In this document: positions 45,001 to 58,852 of the stretch, piece after piece
Layout of the letters: the number at the start of each line of letters is the position of its first letter
How positions within the stretch are numbered: position 1 is the first letter of the stretch
Source: Scyliorhinus canicula
Taxonomy: Eukaryota
Assembly (NCBI RefSeq): GCF_902713615.1
Contig: NW_024055461.1
Coordinates: 1,287,877-1,351,876, forward strand
Direction: 5' to 3'
DNA: 64,000 bases
Notes under the pieces: model-generated
The model's database searches: none
What the model was told of the DNA's origin: nothing
What the model saw: only the letters and a program-made list of their open reading frames with translations
Translations under genes and position numbers: made by a program

Positions 45001-45239
45001 TTAACAACTCACTGTCCGTGTTTGGTCTGTTGTCAATCACACCCAGGACAGACTCTGGTGGAAGGGCCTGTGCTCTTTAGTTGCTGTATTAATTTATTTA
45101 ATACATTTGTTCCCTTGGTCCAACGGTACCAATTGTAATCGGTTGGCAAAAATAATTTCTATCAACGATATCTATTTCAATGGTGGAATTAGTACCCAAC
45201 ATAAATTGTGGCCGAGAATGTGCTCTATCCACATTACAG

Positions 45240-46740
45240 AAGCTCCCCACACATGCGCAGAGTCCGGCTGTGTCCGGCGCATATGCAGTTCAGGTTGTCG
45301 CTGACGGTGCGAGGAGCGGGATAGAAACAATCGAGCAACTTTCAGGATTGGAGCCGGTGGGTGGCCAGGGAGCAATAGAAGCTGCGGAGTGAGCCGGGAG
45401 GCTACATAAATACCCCGTGGAGGCTTCAACTCTTGAGTAAAATGTTAACGGTCCCGTCTTAAACAGCACCGAATAGAGTGAGAGCTGAGCGGCGACAGGC
45501 CCGGGTTACCGGCCGCCATCTTTACAGAGGACAAGGTGCCACAGGGCGCATGCGCTGTGAGCCTGGACCGGTTGCCAACTTTCCCAGATTGACTGACTGG
45601 AGTCTCCAGGATTTTATTTTAATCATTTGTGGGAGTCACTGGCTGGGCCAACATTTATTGCCCATCCCTAATTTCCCTTAAACCGAGTGGCTGGCTCGGC
45701 CATCTCGGAGGGCATTTAAAGAGTCAACCACATTGCTGTGGTTTGGAATCGTGTCGGTCCGACCAGGTAAGGATGGCAGATTTTCTTTTCTATTCATTCA
45801 CGGGATGTGGGTGTCGCTGGCTGGGCCAGCATTCACTGCCCAGCTCTAATTGCCCTTGAACTGAGTGCATCTCAGAGAGCATTTTAAGAGTCAACAAGCT
45901 GACTGTGCATTTAGAGTCACATGTGCATAGAACACATAGTGCAGAAGGAGGCCATTCGGCCCATCGAGTCTGCGCCAACCCATTTAAGCCCTCACTTCCA
46001 CCCTATCCCCGTAACACAATAACCCCTCCGAACCATTTTTGGTCACTAAGGGCAATTTGGCATGGCCAATTTTTTATTCATTTTCATTTAATTTCATTTC
46101 ATTTGTATCCACCTAACCTGCACGTCTTTGGCCTTTGGATGTCGGCCAGACCAGGTAAGGATGGACGATTTCCCTCACTGAAGGACATGAGTGAACCAGA
46201 TGGGTCTTTGCAACAACCAACAATGGTTTCAGGGTCTTCAGTAGACTTTAAATTAATTCAAATTTAACCTTCTGTCTTGGTGAGATTCGTGTCTGGGAAA
46301 TCATTAGGACAGTAAAGAAGATTTTAATGTAATTTTCTTTGAACATTTCTCTTCAGTGGATATAAAAATATTGAAGATGGGATAAAGGTTGATTGGCTGA
46401 CAGTCAATCACTGTCCTGTAAGGTAATGAGTCACTTTGTTTCCCAATTGGCCGAGGAAGGCAGTGTGTCACAAGGATGGATGTGTTGGCCGATTAATGGC
46501 TGGAGGATGGGGGCAGGTCATGTGATCAAATCTCCAGGAATACATTTAATCAAAGTTGGCGAGGAGAGAATGTTGTGAATTTCTATCCTGAACTGACAGT
46601 GAGGTTTCTGTAAATTTACAGGATACTGGAAGAGGAGGTTTAACAGACGGGAAACACAAACCAAATGTCACATCGCGATCTGACAGAGTCACTCGATTCA
46701 TCAGAACCTGAATATCAGCAGCATCTGGGTGTGGAAGGTA
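45240..46740 (+). repeat. ZNF promoter/leader block duplicated in direct orientation at about 62750-64000
   Basis: Long collinear match (e.g. GTTCAGGTTGTCGCTGA(C/T)GGTGCGAGGAGCGGG...); the 45925-46130 SINE is present only in this copy. Confidence 0.85.
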
Positions 46741-47809
46741 AAAGGTTTGTCTGTTCTGTCTGTGAGGGAAGACTTCAGGTCTCAGTGTGACTGGAAAAGC
46801 CCCGAGATTCACAAACCCTGGTTAGACCAAACCTGGAGAACTGTGTTCAGTTCTGGGCAACAAACCTGAGGAAGGATAGAATGGCCTCGGAGGGAGTGTA
46901 GCACAGATTTACCTGAGTGATATCTGAACCCGCCAGGGTTAAATTACAAAACTAGATTATACAAGAGAGTCAGCGATATGATGACACAGAGAATGGCATT
47001 CGGCCCATTGAATCCATGCTAGCTCTCTGGAGCAATCCAGTCAGTGCCATTCTCCTGCTCTCTCCCTGTATCCTCGCAGGTTTATTTCCCTCAGATCTCT
47101 ATCCAATTTCCTTTTGAAATCAAATGATTCATGAATTTATTTTCAAACTCCCTCATGGGCAGCAAGTATCACGTCATTGCCACTCGCTGTGTAAAAACAT
47201 ATCTCATATCACCTCATATCTCCTGTACCTTTTACATACAAACTAGGAACAGGCCACTCGGCCCCTCGAACCTGCTCAGCATTCCTGCCTACCCATGATA
47301 ACCTTTCACCCCCTTGCTCATGAAGAATCTATCCAGCTCTGTCTTGAAAATATTGAAGGACTCTGCTTCCACTGCCTTTTAAGGACGTGATTGCCAAAGT
47401 CCTGCAACCTTCAAGAGAATGAAAAATCCTCATCTCCATCTGAAATGGGCGACTCCTTATTTTGCAACAGTGATGCCCTATTTGTCGATTCTCCAACAAG
47501 AGGAAACATCCTCTCCACATCCATCCTGTCAAGACCCTTCAGGATCTGATATAGTTCAATCCAGGTTTTACCCAAAACTTTAAATCTGTGTCCCGACTGC
47601 TTGTATGATCAGTGAATGGAAACAGAGTTTCTTTGTCCACCCGATGGAAATCTGGCATAATCTTGTGTCCCTGAATCAAATCTCCCCTCAACCTCCTTTG
47701 CTGGATCCATTCTGGTAAATCTCCTCTGCACCTTCTCCGTGAACCTTCACATCCTTCCTGAAGAGTGGTGACCAGAGCTTTATAAAGATTCATAGAATAG
47801 AATTAGAAC

Positions 47810-48123
47810 CATAGAATTCCGACAGTGCAGAAGGAGGCCATTCGGCCCATCGAGTCTGCACTGATTCTCTGAAAGGGCACCCTGCCTCGGCCCACACCCC
47901 TACCCTGTCCCTGAAACCCCATAGTTCCACCTAACCTGCACATCCCTGGACACTAAGGGCAATTTATCAAGGCCAATCCACCTAATGTGCCCTTCTTTGG
48001 ACTGTTGGTGGAGATCTGAGCACCGGGTGGAAACCCATACAGACACTGGGAGAAAGTGCAAACTCCACAGAGACAGTCACCAAGATCGGATGTGAGGTAG
48101 CAGTGCTAATCACTGTGCCACCA
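47810..48123 (-). mobile_element. V-SINE
   Basis: Reverse-complement V-domain and CATAGAAT tail. Confidence 0.75.
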
Positions 48124-48420
48124 GAAGCATAGTTTCAGTATCAGTATTTCTATTTATGAAGCTCAATGTCGAGATTGGATGCTTTGCAAACTACTCTCTT
48201 AATCTGTCTTGTAAATATACAAAGTCCCTCTTCACCTCTTTCTCTCTCCTCCCAAAGAGGCCAGTTGGGTTTTTATAACAATCCAGCCGTTTCCATGGTC
48301 ACTTTTTCCCAGAGCCGGCCCCACAAGTAATCAGATTCATTCGGCTGAATTGAAATCTGCCTTTGTGTTTTTGTGGGTTCTCTCTCACTCCCTATTTTCT
48401 GTTTTAAATCAGTTTTACAG

Positions 48421-49391
48421 GGTGTTCGAAGGGGAGGCTTCAAAGTCCGGAAACTCAAACCAAGCATCACATCAGGATCTGACCGACCACAATTTATCCT
48501 GAATATCATAGGATTTTGAACATGTAAGGAAAAAGCATCGTTCACAGTGGGGAGAAACCGTACTTGATTTGTGTGTGTGGACGAGGATTCACTCCATCAT
48601 CAGGCCTCACAAGCCACAAATGCAGTCACACTGAGGAGAAACCGTGGAAATGACTGGACTGTGGGAAAGGATTCACTTCCCCATCCAAGCTGGAAACTCA
48701 TCCCCGCAGTCACACTGGAGAGAGACCATTCACCTGCTCAGAGTATGGGGAGGGATTCACTCAGTCATCCTCTCTGTCCACACACCAGCGAGTTCGCACG
48801 GATGAGAGACCGTTTCAATGTCCAGACTGCGGGAAGTGCTATAAACGTTCTGGGGAACTGGTTCGCCATCAGCGTGTTCACACTGACGAGAGACCGTTCA
48901 GGTGCTCTCACTGTGGGACTGGGTTCAGACAATCATCTGACCTCACTGTACATCAGCGAAGTCACACTGGGGAGAGGCCATTCACCTGCTCGAAGTGTGG
49001 GAAAGGATTCACTCGATCATCTAACCTGCAGAGGCACCAACAAATTCATACTGGGGAGAGGCCATTCGCCTCCTCAGGGTGTGGGAAGGGATTCATTTAG
49101 TCACCTGACCTGCTGAGTCACCAGCGAGTTCACACTGATGAGAGACCTTTTCAATGTCCAGACTGCGGGAAGTGCTATAAAAGTTCTGGGGAACTGATGC
49201 ACCATCAGCGTGTTCACACTGACGAGAGACCGTTCAGGTGCTCTCACTGCGGGACTGGGTTCAGGCAATCCTCTGACCTCACTGTACATCAGCGAGTTCA
49301 TACTGGGGAGAGGTCATTCACCTGCTCCAAGTGTGGGAAGGGATTCACTACTTCATCCCATCTCCTGGGACACCAAAAAGGCCACAAGTAA
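48421..49391 (+). pseudogene. frameshifted C2H2-ZNF pseudogene
   Basis: Acceptor TTTTACAG at 48420; fragmented fingers such as [48 protein letters not shown]. Confidence 0.85.
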
Positions 49392-49984
49392 CTGCAGTGA
49401 TTGATTTTGCTGTTCCTCACATTCAGGACTGAGCCATGTTCATTTGGGTCTCTTTCTGCTGATAACAAACTCCAGCCCATTTACAGGGGCTAATATTCTG
49501 GCTGAAAGTCAAATAAATTAGATTTGTGTTAAACGCGCAGTGTTGCAACTTTTTAATATCTCTGACACAAGTCAGTCCCTTTTGAAGTTCTCTCGCTCTG
49601 CCCTGTCTCTTCCATCCTCACATCCAACAAGAAGTGTGAGGAGCTTGTGGAGCTTCTTTGTGACTGAGATTGAGTCAATCCGATCAGCTGCCTCTGCTGC
49701 TTCCCTCCCTTCCACAAGCCCACCGGACCAAACTGTCTCTAAATTTCATCCTTTCCCGAGCCCTGAACCCACATCTTTCTCTAGTTTCTCTAGTTTCACC
49801 CCCTCCTCAATAAAACAAACCCTTGACCCTGCCAACCTTCAAATTACTGCCCCATCTTCAACCTTCCTCTCCTCTCCAAACTCTTTGAACATGTTGTCAC
49901 CTCCCAAATCCTTGCCCATCTTTCCCAGAACTCCCATGTTTGAATCCCTTCAATCAGGTCTCTGCCCTGTCACAGTGAAATACA

Positions 49985-50660
49985 AGAGACAAACAGAATC
50001 TCACCCGGAGAGAAAGACAGACAATCCAGGAGCTTGGATCCAACACGGATATGTCCATAAGACCAGAAGACAAGGGTAGCAGCACAGTCATTATCGAGAG
50101 ACAACAATACCTGCTGGTGACAGACAGACAACTAAACAACATGAATCACAACACCAAGATACCTAGACCCATATACCCCAGACAGAATTTCATAGAATTT
50201 ACAGTGCAGAAGGAGGCCATTCGGCCCATCGAGTCTGCACCGGCTCTTGAAAAGAGCACCCTACCCAAGCCGACACCTCCACCCTATCCCCATAACCCAG
50301 CAACCCCACCCAACACTAAGGGCAATTTTGGACACTGAGGGCAATTTAGTATGGCCAATCCACCTAACCTGCACATCTTTGGACTGTGGGAGGAAACCGA
50401 AGCACCCGGAGGAAACCCACGCATGCACGGGGAGAATATGCAGACTCCACACAGACAGTGACCCCAGCCGGAATCGAACCTGGGACCCTGGAGCTGTGAA
50501 GCTACTGTGATAACCACAATGCTGCCCTAAGGAGAATTGGAGACAGACTGGAAGAGCTCAGACTCCAGACACATTAACCAAAAACTGATGGGAATATATG
50601 AGGAGACAACAGGCTGAACCAAGGAAGTTCTACCTGCTCCTTAAAATACCCAAACACAGA
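49985..50660 (+). mobile_element. Penelope-like RT N-terminal fragment split by a minus-strand V-SINE (about 50190-50527)
   Basis: NLTRRERQTIQELGSNTDMSIRPEDKGSSTVIIERQQY...RQLNN and FYLLLKIPK resemble the PLE IKPADKG and FYLLPKIHK motifs. Confidence 0.7.
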
Positions 50661-53339
50661 ATAATAATTTTTATTATTGTCACAAGTAGGCTTACATTAA
50701 CACTGCAATGATGTTACTGTGAAAATCTCCTAGTCAACATACTCTGGAACTGTTTGAGTACATATGTTGGGAGAGAAACAGAGGTAACGTTTGTTCCTTG
50801 TTGTAACAGTTCTGTAGAAGGGTGAATGGACTCTAATTTAAAGTCCATTGAAGTGAAAAGTGGAAAGTATTTTACTCAGAGGTTTGACACAGGAAGAAGT
50901 TTTAGTCTGTGTGAAGTTCAATCTTCATTTACAGAAAGCCCGCAGTCTGATTGGCTGGAGGACCAGAGTCCACCTGGTCTTCCAAATCCTCCCATTGGTC
51001 AACATCGCTCAGGCAGGAAGAGGTTTTGGAACCCGCGCCCACTTAGCCAATGGTAAGAACTCAAAATGATACAGTCTCAGCCAATGAGGGAGATCCAGGA
51101 TCAGCCCCGACCCTCATTCACTCCGATTGGTTGGAAGACCAGCTGTACCTTTAAGAAATGAGTGTTTATCAAATAGCTGCAGTGATATCAGAGTGTGGGT
51201 GGAGCTGGGCTGTCTGTCTTCACTGCAGATATCTGATAAACACGCATTTCTTAAAGGTACATGCAATTCAGCTATTTGATAAACACCCAGGTCTTAAAGG
51301 TACTCTAACACGACAACTCTGAATTCTCCCTCTGAACAGGCTCCAGAATGTGCTGACTAGGGGCTTTTCTCAGTAACTTCACTGCAGTGTTAATGTAAGA
51401 CTACTTGTGACAATAAAGATTAGGATTATAAATAAAAATGTTCTGGCAAATTTCCATCCCGCCTGCGATGATTCTCACGGCCGGAAATATGACCCCAACA
51501 AATGAGGTGAAGCCAAATATTTAAAAGTCAAAGTCTTTATTTCAAATCATGCCGTGCTGTCAGGGGAAAGGGTTAACTTCTCTGCTTGTTTACAAAAGGG
51601 AAGAGGAAACATTCACAAAGCTTCCCACAGCTTGTGAGCTCCGAAACATAACTTCAAGGCTGAAGTTTATCTTCAGAGATTGAAACATTTTGGTGCCTTT
51701 TCCAATTGTACCAGTAAATTGTGATTCACACTGAACGGTTATCTTTCACTCAGTAATTTGAACATTTCACTTTCTCAGCACTGACACTTTAGATCAAATC
51801 CCAATTGTTCTCTTCTCTTGTAGCTGGTGTGTGGAGACGATCATGTTCACTGTAGATCTGTCAGCACAGAAACCACACTGTGCTTCTGGATACACTCAGT
51901 CTGCAAGTAGATGAATCTTTTAAACAGGGAAAATGTGCAAACTCCACACGGACAGTGGCCCGGGGCTGGGATTGAACACGGGTCCTTGGTGCCGTGAGGC
52001 AGTAGCGCTAACCACCGTGTGACCAGAGACCATTCTTTTAGTCAGACAAATAAATGTGTCAACCTGTTAAGGAGATGGGTGGGAGGAGTTGGAAAACACT
52101 TTGTGGACCCCCTAACCTACATGAAAATATTTTTCCCCAAGATTTAACAGGGTCACTCCATTTACCAGGACCTGAATATCATTGGCCTGTGAATGTGGAA
52201 GAAGAGATGTTTGTCTGTTCTGTCTGTAGGAAAATATTTCCTTTTTTCAAATGAATTTAGAGTACCCAATCGTCTTTTTCCAATTAAGGGGCAATTTAGC
52301 TTGGCCAATCCACCTAATCTGCACACCTTTGGTTGTGGAGGTGAGATCCACGCAGACATGGGAAGAACCATAGAATTTACTGTGCCGAAGGAAGCCATTC
52401 AGCCCATTAAGTCTGCACCAGCCCTTGCAAAGAGCACCCCACTTAAGATCCACACCTCCACCCCATTCCCTTTATCCCCTAACCCAACTTAACCTTTCTG
52501 GACACTAAGGGCAATTTAGAATGGCCAATCCACCTAACCTGCCTATTGTTAAACTGTGGGAGGAAACCGGAGCACCCGGAGGAAACCCACGCACACACTG
52601 GGAGAACATGCAGAGGCCACAGACAGTGACCTGGGGCCGGCATCAAACCCAGGTCCTCAGCACCATAGGCAGCAGTGCTAAGCACTACATCGCCTTGCCG
52701 CTCCTAGGGTTCCCACCTGGGCCTTTGTGTAACTGAACAAAGCCCCACATGGGGTCAGGCGTCCTTTGAGTTAGTGGGATCCAGAGAGCAGAATTTGCTT
52801 GTTTCTTCACTTCTCTGTTGCTACTCTGATCATAGATATCTGGGTCTGTGCAAACCGGGGTAATGGCAGGTCAAGTACCCAGGCCAAAGGGTAATGCAGT
52901 TTGCTGGCCAGGTTGTCTCCATTCTAAGCAATGTGGAATAAGCTTCTCCCAGTCATTGAAAATGTTGCCCCCAACAAACATGGCGGCCGCACATGCGCTC
53001 TGCTGCTCATTGTCCCGAATAAAGATGGCGGTCGTTATCCCGAACCGATCACTGGACCCTCTCGACGCCGCTCCTTGAAACGGGAGAACGAGGAAGTGAT
53101 TTTTTTTCCAGATATGGGTTTGCACAACATGGGCTGGATTCTCCGTAGCCCTTCGTAACGCGGGTTGCCTGCGAAAAAAATCGGTGTTAATCACTCCGGC
53201 GTCGGGGCCTTCTTTAAGGCCGCTATTCTCCGTTCCCGGAGGGGCCAGCAGCTGACTGACGCTATACGCGTCAGTTTCTCCAGCTGCGGAAGTGGTGAGA
53301 CCCGGCGTATTTTGGAGGAGGAGGAGGAGAGAGACAGAC

Positions 53340-54195
53340 CCGGCATTTGGGGGGGGGGGTGTTCCGGCATTTGGGGGGGTGGTGTGTTCCGGCATTTTGG
53401 GGGGGTTGGTGCTGTGTTCCGGCATTTTGGGGGGGGGGGGTTGGTGGTGTGTTCCGGCATTTGGGGGGGGGGGGGGTTGGTGGTGTGTTCCGGCATTTGG
53501 GGGGGGGGGGGGGTTGGTGGTGTGTTCCGGCATTTTGGGGGGGGGGGTTGGTGGTGTGTTCCGGCATTTTGGGGGGGGGGAGGGTTGGTGGTGTGTTCCG
53601 GCATTTTGGGGGGGGGGGGGGTTGGTGGTGTGTTCCGGCATTGTGGGGGGGGGGGGTTGGTGGTGTGTTCCGGCATTTGGGGGGGGGGGGGGGTTGGTGG
53701 TGTGTTCCGGCATTTGTGGGGGGGGTTGGTGGTGTGTTCCGGCATTGGGGGGGGGGGGGGTGTGTTCCGGCATTGGGGGTTAGGGTTAGGGTTAGGGGGG
53801 GGTTAGGGTTAGGGTTAGGGTGGGGGTGGGTTGCGGCCATCGGGGGGCATCGGGGGAGTGGGTTGCAGCATCGGGGGGGTGGGTTGCAGCATCGGGGGGG
53901 TGGGTTGCGGCATCGGGGGGGTAGGTTTCGGCCATCGGGGGGGCATCGGGGGAGTGGGTTGCGGCATCGGGGGGGGTGGGTTGCGGCCATCGGGGGGGCA
54001 TCGGGGGAGTGGGTTGCGGCATCGGGGGAGTGGGTTGCGGCATCGGGGGAGGGGTTGCGGCATCGGGGGAGTGGGTTGCGGCATCGGGGGGGGTGGGTTG
54101 CGGCCATCGGGGGGGCATCGGGGGAGTGGGTTGCGGCATCGGGGGGGTGGGTTGCGGCATCAGGGGGAGTGGGTTGCGGCATCGGGGGGTGTGTT
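53340..54195. repeat. two G-rich minisatellites (G-run-TTGGTGGTGTGTTCCGGCATT; GTGGGTTGCGGCATCGGGGG)
   Basis: About 33-bp units at 53340-53775 and about 20-bp units at 53822-54195. Confidence 0.9.
53780..53820 (+). repeat. interstitial telomeric repeat (TTAGGG)3-G5-(TTAGGG)3
   Basis: Six perfect TTAGGG units at the junction of the two minisatellites. Confidence 0.9.
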
Positions 54196-54519
54196 CCGGC
54201 ATTGGGGGAACACACCCATCCGGGCCGGAGATTTAAGGTCAGTGCAAAAAAAATGAAATCCCGCCGGCGCCAGCTGGTTTCACAGGCTGCCGGCGGGATT
54301 TGCACAACGCCGGTTTTTTACCGGCGGGAGAATTCGAAAACCTGCGGGAGCGGAAATAACGCCGCTTCCCGCCAATTCTCCGACCCTGCGTGGGGTCGGA
54401 GAATTTCGCCCCAGGTTTGGGAAACCTCTCCACCCACCAGGCTGATTCATCGCTCCCGTGTTCCACAATATTCCTCTTACCCTTTGTGGATCTGACACAA
54501 AAGCTTCTCTACCTCGCCT

Positions 54520-54695
54520 GGGGATGGTTTAGCTCACTGGGCTAAATAGCTGGCTTTTAAAGCAGGCCAGCAGCACGGTTCAATTCCCGTACCAGCATCC
54601 CCGGACAGGTGCCGGAATGTGGCGACTAGGGGCTTTTCACAGTAACTTCATTGAAGCCTACTCGTGCCAAGAAGCGATTTTCATTTCATTTTTCA
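54520..54695 (+). mobile_element. short tRNA-derived SINE
   Basis: GGTTTAGCTCACTGGGCTAAATAGCTGGC head, GGTTCAATTCCC B box, TTTTCATTTCATTTT tail. Confidence 0.75.
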
Positions 54696-56904
54696 TTGCC
54701 CACACTGCGTATGCTTCAGTCCCACCCGCCCTCGTTCACTCTGATTGGTTGGAGGACCAGCCTCACTCGCTGGGTCATCCAGACCCGCCCCTTTGTCCTG
54801 TTGTTCCAGAGCTGCCATCAATCACTCCCCGGGCATTGTGATGTGGGGCATGCGCAGTGCGGCTCATGTCCAGGGACAGACACTTGTTTGTCTCATCTTC
54901 AGGCGGGAAGGAGGCGGATAAGCGGAGGCAGCGTTAGGGGCAGTGGGTGGGTGGGACGGGAGGCCTCAACACCCCCAATAACAAACTAGCCGCACCGCCT
55001 CAACACCCAACACAACGGCAGCTGCCGCTTTCTCCCGGTGCCGGGCCCCAGTGGACAAATGTGGCTTCAGGAAGGAAATGCAGCAATGGATTTGTTCAGG
55101 AGAAATTATCTTTAACTAACTTTACTGATCCTGGAGCAGGAGGCGAGAATGGAGGCAATTTCTATCCTGCAGTCACACTGATGGAGTTTGAAAACTCCTT
55201 TTACAGTGGGTTAAAAGGGGAGGATTCACAGAGGGGAAAGTCAAACGAAACATCACAAAGAGCAGATCCAATTCATCAGGACCTGGATATTATTGGCCTT
55301 TGAGTTTAAGCATTGAGTCGTTACCACGGTGTAAAAAAAAAGGTCTTCCTCACATTCACTTGTATCTCTTCGCATAATCTCAAATCCATGTCCCATAAAT
55401 ATTTTGTGGGAACAGCTTTTCTTTACCTATCTCATCTAATCTATTAGAAACTTGTACACCTCAATCAAATCTCCCCTCAATGTGCTTCATCCGAAGAGAA
55501 CAACCCTAGTTTATCCAACCTAACACTGCAACTATAATCCCTCATTCGTGGAATCATTCTGGTAAATCACCTTTGCACCCTCTCAAGAACACTCCTATCC
55601 TGCAAACTGTGGTTATCACTGGTTTGCACAGATCCAGATACTGTCTTCCTGTCCATGATGTCATCACGCACCAACAGCTGTGCAGTGACATCACCCCCGT
55701 GCCCCAGATACTTCCTCAACTGGGAGATTTTTCTCTGACTCCAGAGCTTCTGATATCTTTCCGGCTGCAGGCTCCAGCAAGAGAGTTTAAAATTGAAAAC
55801 AGTGAAATTGTTCGAATGGGGAGTATTTTTGTCCATTCCTCTACAATTTAGAATGTTTAGTGCTGTGCCCTGTTCTCTGTGAGAGTTTTCATAGCTCTGG
55901 GGCTGGTGTGACTCCTTTACTGTGTGTCTGAATCCATGTTCATCAATTGCACAGATTCACCTCTTCCCTCCCTGATCAGCTCTCTGTCATTGTCTCACTT
56001 CCACTCTCTCGAATAATGAGTGTAATTTAGCTGTGTTCAGTATTTTACTGTTACTTTTCCCAACGATGTCTAAATGAGGTGTCCACCACTGTCCGACCCC
56101 TGACCATGTGCTGCCGGTCCAATTATTCTGTATCTTTCACAGTCAGCAATTGTTTCCCCTGTGCCAGTATCCATTTCTATTCCACTTCTGAGTTTATATT
56201 GACCATCACATTTTGCAGTCGCTTTTATTCCCTGTAATTAATTCTGTCCATCCTGAAACGTTAACTCTTTCTCCACAGGTACTGCTTGGCCTGTGGGATA
56301 TTTCCAGAATGTTCTCATTTTATTGCAGATTTCCAGCAGCTGCAGTATATTATTTTTATTGAAGGACGGTGTGTGACTTTGAGCAGTTGTATGTGATGCT
56401 GTTCACATACAGCTGCTACCCGGGTGTTTCTAGGTGTGGAGATTGAGTGTTTGGGCATTAACATTCTGGTTGAGTTTTTGATATATGAAATCCCTCTCTT
56501 TTATCCCTGCCACTCCCTTCTCTCTCTGCTCCCACAGTGTCCAGAGCTTGTGTTGGCCCAGACCAGTTGCAGGTTCCTTTTTCCTGAATCTTTATTGTCA
56601 TAAGTAGGTTTACATTAACACTGCATTGAAGTTACTGTGAAAAGCCCCTAGTCACCACATTCCAGCATCTGTTCGGGTACACAGAGGGAGAATTCAGAAT
56701 GTCCAAAGTACCTAGCAGCATGTCTTTCGGATCATTGGGGGAACCAGTAGGGTTTTTGTGACAATCCAGCAGTTTTCATGGTCACTTTTTCCCAGTGCCG
56801 GCCCCACAAATGACCAGATTCATTCAGCTCAATTTTACAACCTGCCTTTGTGTTTTTGTGGGTTCTCTCTCACTCACATTTTTCTGTTTTAAAACAATTT
56901 CACA

Positions 56905-58850
56905 GGTTATCAGAAGAAGAACTCTCCAGTCTTGAACCCCAAACCAAACATCACATCAGGATATGACAGAGTCGCCTAATATATCACTGTATTTTGGACA
57001 TGGAAGGAAAGACTGTTCACAGTGAGCAGAAACTATTTCTGTGTTATGTGTGTGGAAGAGCTGGCACCCTCTGAAAATTACCAACAGCATTATTAGTTAC
57101 TGTCGGTAAGGTAAGGGTGCCCACATTAAAAGGTACACTAAAAGCTTATTGCCCACTTTTGTATTGCATGTGGCCAATAAAACCCGTGTGCCAATAATTT
57201 TTTGTTTTGCAATATCCTCTTTAAGAAAGCATCATTACTTGGTGTTGCATGAAAGCAGCAGCAATAGTTTCTGTATTGTGATTTAATTTTCATGTTGGTT
57301 ACAGGTAGTGAATGGTCAAGAATTGAAAGTATGGCATCTAAGTAGGGGAATGAACCTTCAGAGATCTAATCTTTGAAGTCTGGGCATTGTCTTAGTGGAA
57401 TTACAGTGAGGTACAACTGTGGGGGCGGGGAACACTTCGCATTGCAGTGTTAGGCTGAACCAGACCATTCCCATGTTTTGAAGCTATCTCCTGTCCCGTT
57501 TTCTTTCCAACTCTCCCTTAATCAAAAAACAATCTTCATTTCCTAAATCCCTCAAAGGATATGCTTAAAATTAAAATTTGAAATAAAGCACAATGGTGTG
57601 GATACTGGAAATCTGAAATAAAAAGTTAGCTACATTGGACTTTAAAAAAAAAAAAAAATGTGTGTGGAAGAGAAGTCAGCCGACTATCTGACCTGTCGAA
57701 ACATAAATACTGTCGCAACAGGAAGAATATACAGATATTTGGGGGCTGTGTGGAAGGATTCAGTTACCTGTCAGAGCTGGAAGTTCATCAGGGCAGTCAC
57801 GTTGGACACTTCACCTGCTTTAAGTGTGGAAGGGATTCGCTACCTTATCCCATCTGCTGACACACCGGCGAGGTCACACCGGGACCGTTCAGCTGCTCCA
57901 AGTGTGGGAGGGGATTTGCTCACCCATCCAACCTGCTGACACACCAGTGGGTTCACACTGATGTGAGATGTTTTAACGGTGCAGATTGTGGAACACGCTT
58001 TAAAAGTTCCCAGGAATTGATGTTCCATCGACATGTTCACACTGATGAGAGACCGTTCAGGTGCTTGCCATAGAACATAGAACATAGAACAGTACAGCAC
58101 AGAACAGGCCCTTCGGCCCTCAATGTTGTGCCGAGCCATGATCACCCCACTCAAACCCACATATCCACCCTATACCCGTAACCCAACAATCCCCCCCCCC
58201 CCCTTAACCTTACTTCTATTAGGACACTACGGGCAATTTAGCGTGGCCAATCCACCTAACCCGCACATCTTTGGACTGTGGGATGAAACCGGAGCACCCG
58301 GAGGAAACTCACGCACACAGGGGGAGGACGTGCAGACTCCACACAGACAGTGACCCAGCCGGGAATCGAACCTGGGACCCTGGAGCTGTGAAGCATTTAT
58401 GCTAACCACCATGCTACCCTGCTGCCATGTGCAACTAGATTCAGGCAATCATCTGACCTTATTAAACACCAGCAAGTGCACACTGGGGAGAGGCTGTTCA
58501 CTTGCTCCGAGTGTGAGAAGGGGTTTACTTGTTTATCCCAACTGCTGACACACCAACAAGTTCACACTGGAGAAAGATATTCACCTGCTCCAAGTGTGGG
58601 AAAGGATTTTCTCACACATTCAATCTAACAAGACACCAACAGGTTCACACTGACGAGAGACCTTTCCAATGGTCAGACTGTAGGAAGTTCTATAAAAGTT
58701 CCCAAGACCTGATGCACCATCCAAGTGTTCACACTGATGAGAGACCGTTCAGATGCTTGGACTGTGGGACAGGATTCAGGTGATCATCTGATCTCACAGA
58801 ACATCAGCACAGTCACACTGGAGAGAAACTATCCATCTGCTCCGAGTCTG
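56905..58850 (+). pseudogene. degenerate C2H2-ZNF pseudogene split by a SINE (58070-58427)
   Basis: Broken fingers ([29 protein letters not shown]) with stops and frameshifts. Confidence 0.75.
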
Positions 58851-58852
58851 GG

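Larger units (their letters stand above)
53131..54411. mobile_element. Harbinger-type MITE inserted in a ZNF promoter, expanded by internal minisatellites
   Basis: TIRs GGGCTGGATTCTCCG ... CGGAGAATTTCGCCC with CAT/CAG flanks. The inverted paralogue at about 60640-60690 shows the empty site with one CAT, consistent with a 3-bp TSD. Confidence 0.8.

Noticed and set aside
52871-54495. Long Pro-rich or Gly-rich ORFs (up to 382 aa) on both strands
   Set aside because: Artefacts of stop-free G-rich minisatellites inside a MITE.
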